A stretch of DNA of 35,924 bases from Octopus bimaculoides. Lineage: Eukaryota. The DNA lies in assembly GCF_001194135.2 (NCBI RefSeq), contig NC_068999.1, forward strand, positions 53,440,761-53,476,684, given 5' to 3'. This document shows, piece by piece, positions 1-11,703 of this stretch. A program made the translations under genes and the position numbers. Positions within the stretch are counted from its first letter, which is position 1, and the number at the start of each line of letters is the position of its first letter. The notes under the pieces are model-generated. The model was given only the letters and a program-made list of their open reading frames with translations. It did no database searches and was not told where the DNA came from.

Positions 1-1304
1 TTTTAAGATTTGTTTCACTTAATAGATAGTATCTGTTTAGACATTGAATTATTTCCTACAGCCTACATTTTACAAATCTGCCAAATATTTCCATATTGGT
101 TTTTTTTTTTTTTAAATTCTATTTATCAAGTAGGATGATGTGAAAGTCACTTTAGTCAATAAAGTAAAATACAGCATTTTCATTTTATGGCTATTGACCA
201 AAAAGGTTTGTTAGAAGCCTGTAGAAGCTAATCAGCTGATGGACATTATTTTGCCTGCAACTTGGACAGGTTTCTTGGTGAGGTTTCAGTGAAACGCCAT
301 CATTACATGTTTATTCATCTGTATCTAATTCATTTATTCGCTTAACCTTTCTAAGTCCAGAGCAACTGGCAGAAAAGCATAGTTATGCATCCTGGCAGAC
401 CTGCAGTTTGACTAGTTTTCTCTGGCTACAGTGGTAGTGGTAGATGTTTGCTGCCTGCACACTATTGTTTTTAATAGGTTAGCCTTTGGACAACTAATCT
501 TGCAGTTAAAAACATAAGAGCTGTAGTGGTAATGGTGATGGTATTATGGCAAAAGTGGTAATATATCAATTGAATGTATTGACCTAATTTAAAAGACATT
601 CCCCATCATCTTTATGGTGGGGACAATGTCTTTCAAATCCTAAATCTAATGGAGAAAATACCCTGTTATAAAGACAGAATGGCTACAGCTAGAGATATCT
701 ACAGAATCCTTTGTTTGATTGGACATCTTAGTGCAGAGCTGAGCAGACCTAGCCAACACCACTCTCTTGTTTACAAAGACATTTAAATCAAAGGTGAAAC
801 AGGATTAAAGTATTTCTGGAACTTTCTGAATTAAATTAGATTTCTGACTTGTAAAGCTTGGCACTTGGTTGAAAAATTAGAATTTCTTCTGTTGATATGT
901 TTTAGAAATCTCTTAATACATACCTTTCTTTAAGCCAATTACTGGTGTTAAAGACTTTTCAAGTCAGTTAGTTACTCATGTTAACTTGCCTTACTAATGC
1001 TACTTTGCTCCAAACCATGTTACTGGTGTTGACACAACTTTCCTTCATACTAGTTACTAGTGGTTTTTATCAGACTTTTATTCCAGCCAGTAGCAAATGT
1101 TAATATATATTCTTCTTCAAAGTTAACTACTGTTAACATAGACTTTTCAAATCAGAGTCATTGAGTTTTTTTTATTTATTTTATTTTTTTTATTGTTACC
1201 TCTCTTGCTAATTATTATTAAGCTCATTTTCTCGGCCTGTAAATACCTCTGCTTCAAATTAAGCCAGGAAATTAAATGTACCAGATCATTAACACTGGCT
1301 ATTG

Positions 1305-1306
<2 letters not shown>

Positions 1307-1376
<70 letters not shown>
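1307..1376. repeat. (TA)n microsatellite
   Basis: Direct reading; explains the IYIYIY ORF at 1193-1381. Confidence 0.98.
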
Positions 1377-1377
<1 letters not shown>

Positions 1378-1695
1378 ATGAAGTATGTGTGTGTATGCAT
1401 TCCTCGTATTTCCAATTAGAGTCTGAATCAAAAGAAAATCTTTGTAGAGTTGAGTGAGTAACCAGTTGCTATTGAAGAATTAGTTGAAACGTGTGTGACT
1501 GTATATCTATCTGTGTTTAAACTAATTGCTGACTGTAATGATGGTCTACTTTTGTTTCAGGTTCTTTTTATAAAGATTCTATTTAGATTAAAATAAAAGC
1601 TATTTCTTTAAACTAACCTTCAACCTCAAACCAAGACAAGTTGTCCTATTGTGGTTGACAATGTCATAATCATCCCACTGTACAGTACTCACAAG

Positions 1696-1773
1696 GTACT
1701 GTACAGTGGGACTGAACTTAAGACCACATGGTCAGGAAGCAAGCTTCTTTAACCACACAGCCATGCCTGTGTC
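1696..1773 (-). mobile_element. 5' head fragment of tRNA-derived SINE family A
   Basis: cagtgggactgaac...accacatgg...aagcaagcttc...accacacagcc matches the head of the copy at 33259-33611. Confidence 0.75.
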
Positions 1774-2214
1774 CATTTGCAATTCTTTTTTTTTTTTTTT
1801 TAATCTCTTTGTTTCTATAATAAAATTATGGAGAAGAAAAATACAAAAATCTAATTAAAACATAAAAGCCAAAATAGAAAAATCTAAGTATCTCTCTAAG
1901 AATTTTTATATAAAAAGTCTCAGTTAGTCAGTGTGCTTCAAATAACTTTGGTATGGATGTGGTGCCATTATCTAATCTTAGTCCCTTTTTTGGTGTGTGT
2001 GCTTTATCTTGGCTTCTGTCTTCTTCGTGATCAAATCTCCCATTGTTATCCGCCACAGCACACGCACATACTTGTATGCATTATTTATTAATAAATCACT
2101 AAACTCTTAGGATGGTGCTATAGCATGGCCACGACTTAATGGCTGAAACTAGTTAGAGAGAGAAAAGAAAAGAACAAAGTCCTATTCATTTCAGCTTTCA
2201 GAATTTGTAATAGA

Positions 2215-2335
2215 AATAATTTTTTAGTTTAGGCACAAAGCCTACAGTTTTGAGGGGAGGGGCTACTCAGTATCATTAACCTCAGTACTTGATTGGTACT
2301 TTATTTTATTGACCCTGAAAAGATCAAAGACCTTG
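2215..2335 (-). mobile_element. 3' fragment of SINE family D
   Basis: aggcacaaagcct...gaggggaggggcta...ggtactttattttattgaccctgaaa matches 18062-18180. Confidence 0.65.
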
Positions 2336-2499
2336 GTGATCAGTTCTGTATCTCCCTGTAGAGGACCTGTTGTTAGTTGAGGCTCCAGGTCAGCTCTGAC
2401 TGAGCAGAACAATGATCAAAGGTGTTCCAACCATGACTATCCTGCCTTTCTGTATTGTACAATGTGTCTTTTGGTACTTATTGAGGCCATCATTTAGCA

Positions 2500-3017
2500 C
2501 AATTGTTCTCAACCAGGGTCCATATAAGATTTTTGGAGGTCCATAGAAGCAAAATAGCAAAAATGAGTACCCACTGTAGTATTTTATGGGTTCGTGAAAA
2601 TATTTCCTTTTAGATGTATTTATTGCAAGAAACGGCAAGATTTCTATCTCTAACGTTTTACATAGTTCAACCTTCATAAGTTAATGTGTGACCAACAAAA
2701 TAGGGAACTAGTTTCTAGCCCTTTGGCATTCAGATTATTCTGTCAAACCTAACCCTTATTTATTCACTGATTTGAATTAATCTTGCATTATTTTGTAGCT
2801 TTGAGATTTCAATGATGTGATTGTTTAAATTTTACAATGACATTGTAGGGTAACTGTGATAAGCTGGACATGGCCTGTTTAAACATAAAACAGATTATTT
2901 GGGCTGGATATGGCCAGTTTAAATACTAAAAGGTTACACATCGAACAGCTATCGAGGTCCATCAGAATAAAATAGTAATGAAAGGGTACACAGGCAAAAA
3001 ATGGTTGAGAACAACTG
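2500..3017 (-). mobile_element. Full-length hAT (Charlie-like) MITE interrupted by a nested insertion
   Basis: 15-bp TIRs caattgttctcaacc (2500-2514) and ggttgagaacaactg (3003-3017). 8-bp TSD atttagca/atttagta. Body is the reverse complement of the copy at 8145-8459. Confidence 0.88.
2719..2933 (+). mobile_element. piggyBac-like MITE nested in the hAT MITE
   Basis: Ends ccctttggcatt...aatactaaaagg. Flanks ctag/ttac are degenerate TTAA, and the uninterrupted copy has TTAA (8226-8229) at the equivalent site. Body matches 11311-11445 and 33613-33996. Confidence 0.8.
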
Positions 3018-3529
3018 ATTTAGTAGGTGCATGACCAAAGATCTAAACTTTTAAGCTGTGACCGTCCTGTCTTTAATTTTATGTTTTAGGTGTAAGTATA
3101 CCTTGGGCTACATTATTTAATTGGTTCATTTATTGGAACATGGTTGATGATGATTTTATTATTTCTTCTTAATTTGAATGTGATCATCTCTAAACAAAGG
3201 CAATTGTAATGCAGGATGGAATCAATGTTTCAGAGGTAAGGTTGGGTGGACGGGGTAGTAGTGAAGATGATGCCAGTGGTTATGTGAGGGTGGTGGGGAA
3301 TAATGATAGCGGGGGTGGTAGTTAAGATGATATTGGTTAGGTGGTGGTGGCGGAGGCATTAAAGAAGACTAGGGTAGCAGCAGCAGTGATATTCAATGAG
3401 GAGTTATTGATGATAGCAACAATAAAGAGGAAGAGATATAGGTTAGCAAAGGTGGTTGTTGCTATTATTTAACCCCGGGTCAGCTCTGATTGAGCTGACC
3501 TCATTGATCAAAGGCCTTCCAGCCATGAA

Positions 3530-3662
3530 CATCATCATAATCATCATTTAATGCTCACCTTCTTTGCTTGCATGAGTTGGCCTGTTTGACAGGATCCAAC
3601 AAGTTAGAGGACTGCATCAAGCACCAGTTTCTGTTTTCGCATGGCTTCTACAGCTGGATGCT
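3530..3662 (-). mobile_element. RTE-like LINE 3' tail fragment
   Basis: catcatcataatcatcatttaatg...gcatgagttgg...ttctacagctggatgc matches 25967-26113. Confidence 0.65.
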
Positions 3663-4530
3663 CTGGAGCTCTGGCTACTATTTCTAGCAGGATGAATGAC
3701 CATGTAGCAGATTCTTTGTTGGTACTTAGAAATGATTTTATTGGTGGTAGTAATGGAAAATTTTTTTTTAATTTTTTTTTTTTCCTCATTAAGGCTGTGT
3801 TTCAGTATTTTTTAATTTTTATTTTACTGATTTTTTATTTTTTTATTTGATGCTTATTTTATTCTTCACATGTATCAACCATATATACGTCGGGGGTTCA
3901 GTGGTGGGTGGTGTGTACTATCATCTCTGTTGTCAGTCAGATCAGATGGCAGGTGGGTTTCTCCGCTGCCCCTCAGTGTATTTCATCTTGGTTATGTTTC
4001 CATCCTGGTGATACTCAGCAGATTTAATTTTGGTGGCTTCTTTCTTCTTGTTCGTCACTTGTAGCAGCTCTGGCTTTCTGCTTTTATCTCTAGTATTGAT
4101 TAGTCATTTGATAATAATTTGATATGTAATGTTTGGTGGTGGTGGCCGCCATGTAGTGATAGTGTTGGCAGTGCTATTGGTAGCAGTGGTATTGGAAGAG
4201 AAATTGGAAATGTCAGAGAATGATTGATGGAGAGAGAGAGAGAGAAATGGAGATGAACAGAAAGCATGTATGAGTGGATGGGGACGGAAATAGTGAGTGA
4301 TGGAAAAAGAAAAGAAAACTAGAGATTGTGATGATGATGATGATGATGATGAACGGGTGGGGGGAAGAGTGGTTGGAGAAGAGAAGTGAAGAATAAAGAT
4401 AAAAAGAAATGGACAACATTAAAATTAATGAGAAAATGAAGGACAAACGGGATATAACATTTGAAGATTATTATCAGAGACCTTGTGTACTTGAGAAAGG
4501 AAATATGTCGATAGAGAGAAACATGATTGT

Positions 4531-5640
4531 ATGTTGACTGTCTTGTTACATCACACAGGTCAGTATGTTGACTGTCTTGTAACATCACACAGGTCAGTAT
4601 GTTGACTGTCTTGTAACATCACTCAGGTCAGTATGGTGACTGTCCCGTAACATCACACAGGTCAGTATGGTGACTGTCCCATAGCATCACACAGGTCAGT
4701 ATGGTGACTGTCTTGTTACATCACATAGGTCAGTATGTTGACTGTCCTGTAACATCACACAGGTCAGTATGGTGACTGTCCAGTAACATCACACAGGTCA
4801 GTATGGTGACTGTCTTGTTACATCACATAGGTCAGTATGTTGACTGTCCTGTAACATCACACAGGTCAGTATGGTGACTGTCCAGTAACATCACACAGGT
4901 CAGTATGGTNNNNNNNNNNNNNNNNNNNNNNNNNNNNNNNNNNNNNNNNNNNNNNNNNNNNNNNNNNNNNNNNNNNNNNNNNNNNNNNNNNNNNNNNNNN
5001 NNNNNNNNNNNNNNNNNNNNNNNNNNNNNNNNNNNNNNNNNNNNNNNNNNNNNNNNNNNNNNNNNNNNNNNNNNNNNNNNNNNNNNNNNNNNNNNNNNNN
5101 NNNNNNNNNNNNNNNNNNNNNNNNNNNNNNNNNNNNNNNNNNNNNNNNNNNNNNNNNNNNNNNNNNNNNNNNNNNNNNNNNNNNNNNNNNNNNNNNNNNN
5201 NNNNNNNNNNNNNNNNNNNNNNNNNNNNNNNNNNNNNNNNNNNNNNNNNNNNNNNNNNNNNNNNNNNNNNNNNNNNNNNNNNNNNNNNNNNNNNNNNNNN
5301 NNNNNNNNNNNNNNNNNNNNNNNNNNNNNNNNNNNNNNNNNNNNNNNNNNNNNNNNNNNNNNNNNNNNNNNNNNNNNNNNNNNNNNNNNNNNNNNNNNNN
5401 NNNNNNNNNNNNNNNNNNNNNNNNNNNNNNNNNNNNNNNNNNNNNNNNNNNNNNNNNNNNNGCATCACACAGGTCAGTATGGTGACTGTCTTGTTACATC
5501 ACATAGGTCAGTATGTTGACTGTCCTGTAACATCACGCAGGTCAGTATGGTGACTGTCTTGTTACATCACATAGGTCAGTATGTTGACTGTCCTGTAACA
5601 TCACATAGGTCAGTATGTTGACTGTCCTGTAACATCACAT
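4531..5640 (+). repeat. 34-bp minisatellite array spanning an assembly gap
   Basis: Unit atg(g/t)tgactgtc(t/c)tgt(t/a)acatcaca(c/t)aggtcagt starts at 4531, 4565, 4599 and so on. About 11 units before and 5 after the N-run. No spacers. Confidence 0.97.
4910..5461. other. Assembly gap (552 N)
   Basis: N-run inside the minisatellite. Confidence 1.
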
Positions 5641-5800
5641 GCCATGTTTTATATCTTCAAAAATTCAATCTCTTTTTGTTGTTTCTCTGGGTTGAGTGGA
5701 CGTCCAAGTGTCTCTTGTATTACCCCAGTATGTCTTTTGTCACTACTACAAAGAATCCTCTTGCACAATATTTGTATTAAACATTTTGCATTTGAGCTAT

Positions 5801-5990
5801 TTTATCTGTTTTACTTGTTTCAGTTGTTGCACTGTGGTCATGTTGGAGCACCACCTTGAAGGGCTTAGTCAAACAAACCAACACACAGCCCTTGGTCTCT
5901 TTTGCTGAAGTGCTAAGTTACACGGATAAAACAAACCAACATAGTTCATCAAGTAGTAGAGGGGGACAAAAACCCACACATACACACAAG
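5801..5990 (-). mobile_element. SINE family A, 3' part
   Basis: ttttacttgtttcag...catgttggagcaccaccttgaa...ggtctcttttgctgaa...gctaagtta matches the family A tail. Confidence 0.75.
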
Positions 5991-6118
5991 GGGCAAAATG
6001 TTTACTCCTTGTTTTTGTTCTTTTGTGGTCTGAACTAACAGGTTGCCCCTTCACCATTCCACCCCAACATTCTCCACTTGAATCACCATCAGTCTATCCA
6101 CACCATGGGTATTAGTTA

Positions 6119-6456
6119 TTTTTCTGTTTTACTTGTTTCAGTCATTTGACAGCGGCCATGCTGGAGTACTGCCTTGACAGGTTTAATCAAACAAATCAGC
6201 CCCAGTACTTATGTTATTTTAAAGTCTAGTACTTATAACTGTTGGTTTCTTTTACCAAGCCACTAAGTTATTGGGATGTAAACAAACCTACACTAGTTGT
6301 TAAGCAGGAGGGGGCAGAAAACACACACACACACACACTTGACAGGCGTCTACACAGTTTCCATCTACACAATGTATTCATAGGACATTGGTCAGCCAGT
6401 AGCCATAGTAGACTTGCCCAAAGTGCCACGCAGTGGGACTGAACCCAAAACCATGT
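6119..6456 (-). mobile_element. SINE family A, near full length
   Basis: Runs from the tail (ttttacttgtttcagtcatttgac) to the head (cccaaagtgccacgcagtgggactgaacccaaaaccatgt). Confidence 0.85.
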
Positions 6457-7003
6457 CTCTCTCTCTTGCTCTCTCCATTTCCTCTTTCCTGTTTGTCTAT
6501 ATCTTTTTGTCTTTCCTCTCTCTCTCTTCTCTGCATTCTCCCCCCCCCCTCTCTCTGCATTCTCATCAAATTTCTACCCATTTTACTGTCGAAATGTTTC
6601 TTTTACTCTTCCATTCTTCACACACATACATAGACACGCACCCACTCGCACACACGTACATGCATACATCATTACACTTTAAGCCAGTCTAATCCATTGT
6701 TTAACAGTTTCCTGCAAACCTTCACAATTACTGCAAGCTAATCTCATCTGTAATGGAGCACCCGATCCAAAACCACCAAACCATTCTTCATTTAATCAAT
6801 ATATTGAACTTAAGTGTGTGTGTGTGTGTGTAGCCATTGCCATCATCACTGGCTTCTCTTGGTGTTAAGAATTTGATTCCATTGAATTTATCTGTGTATT
6901 CTATGATGATTGTATTAGCCTTATTTTTAACCTGAAAGAACCCGAGCCATAGGAATGTGCAAACTGAAGAACAGCCAAGTCGGGGAGTCCTTTTCCTGCC
7001 CAT

Positions 7004-7061
7004 TTCCTTCCAATATATCTCCTTTGTTAGGGTTCCTTCCAATATATCTCCTTTGTTAGGG
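7004..7061 (+). repeat. Exact 29-bp tandem duplication
   Basis: ttccttccaatatatctcctttgttaggg occurs twice (7004-7032, 7033-7061). Confidence 0.95.
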
Positions 7062-7935
7062 TTGCAAGTGACAGACAGACAATAGAGCATCAAATGAAAT
7101 GCTTTGCTGTATTTGGTCTGGATCGTTGCATTTCAAGTTCAAATCCCATCAGAGCTAACTCTGCCTTTCATATTTTTCTAGGTCCAGAACTGCAGTCAGT
7201 TTAATAGACTGCCCTGCTTGTAGCAAAGCTAAAAGTGAATAAGGGGTTGGTTTGCCCTAAGCACTGCTTTTATAGGGAAAGCATTTTTTAGGTCTGCTGT
7301 ATAAATCTGGAGATTGGTGGTGAGGGAACAAGCTCAAGAGATGTTCTGGGTGGCAAATACTGTGGCTACACCACCATGCCTGCTCTACTCAACCCTCATA
7401 AAAATGGATGTGTGGTGTTTGGGTATCTTTGTTAGAAATCTTGGCTATCTATTTGTGACATTTTATGTGGGGTTTGGCCATTATGTTGGTTGATTGGGAA
7501 TGGATGTTCTAATTACTCTTAGCACCTCATTAATTCATACCTCTATCTGTTTATTATAGTTTCCATGGTGCTGCGTAAGACTAACTGGGATTTTAAATTT
7601 AAAATCTGGCAAGATTAGGCAGCTCAGACAGCCATCAGTGTGTCTATGAACATTGCCTGGCTCTCGCTCACCAAATAGGATGCTGTGACATTTTTCATGT
7701 GAACAACAACCAGATCCCGTAAGGATTGGGTTCTTAAAAGATCGAATGTGTTATGCATTTGCCAACTTTATTATTATTTGCTGTTGTCTATTCGTTATGT
7801 GTGTGTGTGTGTGTGTGTGTTTTTTGCTTTTGTTTTTTAATGAATAAACCTACAAATAGGTGAACAATGTAGTCATAAGAAAATAGTATGTAAGTAACTC
7901 TCAAATATACAGACTACAGTGAGAATGAGTAAGTA

Positions 7936-7966
<31 letters not shown>

Positions 7967-8144
7967 TTCTCTCTCTCTCTCTCTTTCTCTCTCTTTCTCT
8001 TTCTCTCTCTCTCTCTCTCTCCTTATTGTACTTGTGCTATGATAAAAAGCATCCAGTACACTCTATAAAGTGGTTCATGCTAAAGCAGACATTGGAGCTC
8101 AGTACAGTCCTCTGGCTTGTCGGTTCCTGTTCAACCATCTAACC

Positions 8145-8459
8145 CAGGGTTTCTCAACCATTTTCTGTCTATGGACCCCTTTGATTACTATTTTATTCTG
8201 GTGGACCCCCATAGCCATTCGATGTTTAAAAACTAGTTTCACAGAAACTTCTTTCAAACTTCCTATTTTGTTTTTCACACATTAACTTGTGTAGGTTGAA
8301 ACTATGTAAAATGTTAGAGAAAGAAACCCAGCTGTTTTTTGCAATACATATGAATACATAACTCTGAAGCAAAATTTTTTCAGAGGCCTTTAGAATATTA
8401 TTGTGGGTCCCCAGTTTATTTTGTTGTGTGGATCCCCAAAAATCTTATATGGACCCTGG
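8145..8459 (+). mobile_element. hAT-like MITE, second copy, right TIR missing
   Basis: Starts cagggtttctcaacc and is colinear with the reverse complement of 2500-3017 minus the nested insert. Confidence 0.82.
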
Positions 8460-9034
8460 CAACAGAGAAAAAGGAACATTAATGCACACATGTACATACA
8501 TTTATAATAGTTTTGTATTCAGTGATTCTAAAACACAAACCTGACTAATTCCTAAGTAATTATGTGTAACCTGTTATAATTTTTAGTGTCTAAGAAGATT
8601 TACAAGAAATAGGTTTTATGAAATTCTTGTGAGATATCTGTCTCTTTGACATTAGTTTTAGAACTATATGCCATTGTCTCTTATGTCCAATTTTCATGCC
8701 AGCTTGGGTTGGGTGAATATGCTGTAGCATTGTTTTACTAGCAGATGACCTTTCTGTCACTAACCCAAACCTGTTTCCCAAGAAAAGGAATTTTTTTATA
8801 TTCCATTCCATTCATTTTCAAAAGTGCAGAGATTACAAGATGATTGTTTAGCAGGAAATATTGACAAACATCTTTTTGTTCAACATTTCCATGGGAGGAA
8901 TGTAAATCTTCACACAAATGCATGCATGCATTTGCATGTACGCATGCATACACTCACAAATAGATATATATATGTGTGTGTGTGTGTGTATGTGAGAGAG
9001 ATAGACACAGGCATCTACATCAGTTCTGTATGTA

Positions 9035-9235
9035 GTGAGGGTGCATGGCCTAGTGGTTAGGGTGTTACACTCATGATCTAATGATCGCGATTTCAATTCC
9101 TAGACCAGGTGTTGCATTGTGTTCATGAGCAAAACACTTCATCTCACGTTGCTCTGCAATCACTCAACCCCTGATGCTTGGTGCACCGTGCACCTGTTTA
9201 GACAACATTGATTTGATGGAGAGAATGAGCTTGTG
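9035..9235 (+). mobile_element. tRNA-derived SINE, family B variant
   Basis: Head gtgagggtgcatggcctagtggttaggg (A-box-like), gatttcaattcc (B-box-like), then ttgtgttcatgagcaaaacacttcatctcacgttgctc, shared with 33055-33258. Confidence 0.75.
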
Positions 9236-10086
9236 CTGGTCATTTGGCAAAAGCATGTATGCACATAGGTTTTTTGAAGCTTTCTTGCTTTGGCCAGCTG
9301 AGTCGCAATCCTTCATATCTGATAATAGATAGAAAAAAAAACACCAGTCGTGTGTGTATCGTCTGTTAAATCATTTCTGCAACAATCTTTGTTGAGTGTT
9401 GTTGCTATGACTCAAACACTACCAAAAGTATTTTCTGTGACACATCTGAAGCCATATTGACTTGATTCCGAAGATGCAGTGACTCAAACTAGGCTTCTAC
9501 TCCTCAAGACAAATTGGATAACAGTGAAAACAACTCAGGCACACACACCTGCACAAACATATATTACCATTTACCTATATACCCACACTGAAAAAAGGAC
9601 TCTTTATTTTGGGTCAGTAAACCTATGAATATGTAGATGGATATGTGTGTGTGTGTGTGTATGTATATATATATATTGATATGTAATTATAAGATCCAAG
9701 GGTCAAGGTGTAGGAAGTTAGTAAGTTTCAAGCAGCCCATGGTAGATATAAAAAACAGCTTTGGGGAACAATAATAGTTTATTGACCTTGAAGGTTGTAA
9801 GCTTGTCCCATATTGAAGCTGAAGACAGTTTTTTATAGTTCACGGTTAGCAACTAAGGTCGCTATAAATGTGAATAAAAATCCAAATTGAGGGAATAGAG
9901 CAGATAAAATCCAGGGTACATGTCTCCAAGCTAGCAGATCCTTGGAAATAATAATTACTCAATGAGGGCTACTTGTCAGGTCGAAGATATCATAGTTATA
10001 TGATGGTTATCTTGTCATTAAAGAATGTCAAATTACATGCATGCATACATATGTATGTATGTATATAATATATATATATATATATA

Positions 10087-10395
10087 GGCGCAAGTATGTC
10101 TATGTGGTAAGAAGTTTGCTTCACCTCAAATGGTTCTAGGTTCAGTCCCATTGTGTAGCACTTGGGGCAAGTATCTTCTGCTATAGCCTCTGACTGACCA
10201 AATCCATGGGAGTAGATTTGATAGACAGAAACTGAAAGAAACCTGTTGTATGTATGTATGTCTATATGTGTGTGAGTGTCTCTGTTTCGGCAACCAATGT
10301 TGGTGTGTTTACATCCCTGTAGCTTAGTAGTTCAGTAAAGAGACCAATAGCATGTCTGCAATCAAATGACTGAAACAAGTAAAAGAATAAAAGAA
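10087..10395 (+). mobile_element. SINE family A, near full length, sense orientation, in a (TA)n tract
   Basis: ggcgcaagtatgtctatgtggtaagaag...ggttcagtccc...gaaactgaaagaa...caaatgactgaaacaagtaaaagaataaaagaa. Confidence 0.88.
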
Positions 10396-10857
10396 TATAT
10401 GTATATGTATAAATAGGATGTATGTATTACATATAATATGTATTTCCACCCACATATCTAGCTTTTGAGTTGGGAAAATGTTGCCTCAATCATTATTATT
10501 GCTGTTTTTATTCCTTCAAATAATATTAATGTACATTTGAAGTATTTCTATTTTTAATTATGAATCATGAAGATGGTGTGGATGAGAGAGCTTTAATTAG
10601 TTTTGTGTTACATTTCTTCTAGTGTTTATGCTAATTACTTCTTCACTGTGCTTCCATAAGAGAAACTTTTTTTTTTTCAAATAATTAATACTAATTCATT
10701 ATGAATCATTGTATGTCATTGATTGATCTTACTTATTTTTTATGTAAATTTAAAAAAAAAAAAAATATTTTACTATGTTTTATAACCTTGTATTTCTAAT
10801 TGATCTTATACATTTAATTAGTCAGAAAAGACTTGCCTTTCAAATAAGCTTTGCTGC

Positions 10858-10861
10858 TACT

Positions 10862-10898
<37 letters not shown>

Positions 10899-10921
10899 GC
10901 ACTGCTACTGCTGCTGCTACC
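10858..10921. repeat. (CTA)n/(CTG)n microsatellite
   Basis: Direct reading. Confidence 0.9.
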
Positions 10922-11310
10922 CTGCAGAAAGAAATTTATTAATCAGTGATAATCATTTTCATTATTGGCATTATCATTTTTGTCATCGTTTTATCTCCAT
11001 CATTATCAACATCATACCATTGGTTTCTTATATACTGGCATGGGATGGGTTGATGTGTATTATGTTATCTCCCCTTCTCACTCTCCAATTCTGTGTCATC
11101 TTATCTGTGAGGCAAAGTTCCACCCAACATCCTGAGGTCAGAGAACAGAGGTGAACATGGGGAAAAAACACAGTGGTCCACTTCCCATGTGTTCATTCTT
11201 CTGTTTCAGCTACCCTCTTTAGACGAAATGAGGATTTATTAAATCTCCATCTTTGAAGAATCATTATATAATTAATATGAGCCAGACTGCAAGTGGTTCT
11301 GGGGAAATTT

Positions 11311-11445
11311 TTACCTGATTTAGGTTCAAACCAGCCAGATCTGGTCTATCACATCTACCCTACAATGTTATTCTAGAAATAAGCAGTCACATCATTGAAA
11401 TCTCAAAGATGCATGATTAATTCAAGACAATAATTAAATAAGCTA
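11311..11445 (-). mobile_element. Internal fragment of the piggyBac-like MITE family
   Basis: gttcaaaccagccagatctgg...ctaccctacaatgttattctag...cacatcattgaaatctc matches 33825-33940. Confidence 0.75.
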
Positions 11446-11559
11446 TCTCTCTCTCTCTCTCATTTAAAACTTATTAATGAGATACTGATTTCATTTCACC
11501 AGGCATAGAGGAATTCCAGCCATGTTTTATGGTTTGCTACCTCAACAGCTCTTTTATAG

Positions 11560-11655
11560 GATCCAGTGGCTAAAGACATCATCAGGAGGAACCACATCCG
11601 GTTTCGGCCCCTCTCCTCTACCGTTTTTGACGTCCCCCCGCCCCTTCAGTGTTGA
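11560..11655 (+). other. Candidate 96-nt cassette exon in the AMMECR1 upstream intron
   Basis: Acceptor ctcttttatag| and donor GA|gtacgt. Open in the phase-2 frame (g|IQWLKTSSGGTTSGFGPSPLPFLTSPRPFSV|ga), which joins in frame to the 25506 exon. GC-rich, apparently non-repeat sequence. No recognisable homology. Confidence 0.35.
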
Positions 11656-11670
11656 GTACGTTTTTTCTTT

Positions 11671-11703
<33 letters not shown>

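Noticed and set aside
3641-3850. ORF MASTAGCSGALATISS as a possible AMMECR1 N-terminus
   Set aside because: Its start lies inside an antisense RTE tail (ttctacagctggatgc), it lacks the CFDVL motif and it runs into poly-T.
4531-5640. CRISPR-like array of 34-bp repeats
   Set aside because: Units are contiguous with no unique spacers, there are no cas genes, and the context is a eukaryotic intron.
7027-7063. TTAGGG telomeric motif
   Set aside because: Two isolated hexamers produced by the 29-bp duplication, not an array.
9330-9535. Possible second mariner N-terminal remnant on the minus strand (TVIQF...YGFRCV)
   Set aside because: Similarity is too fragmentary to support by eye.
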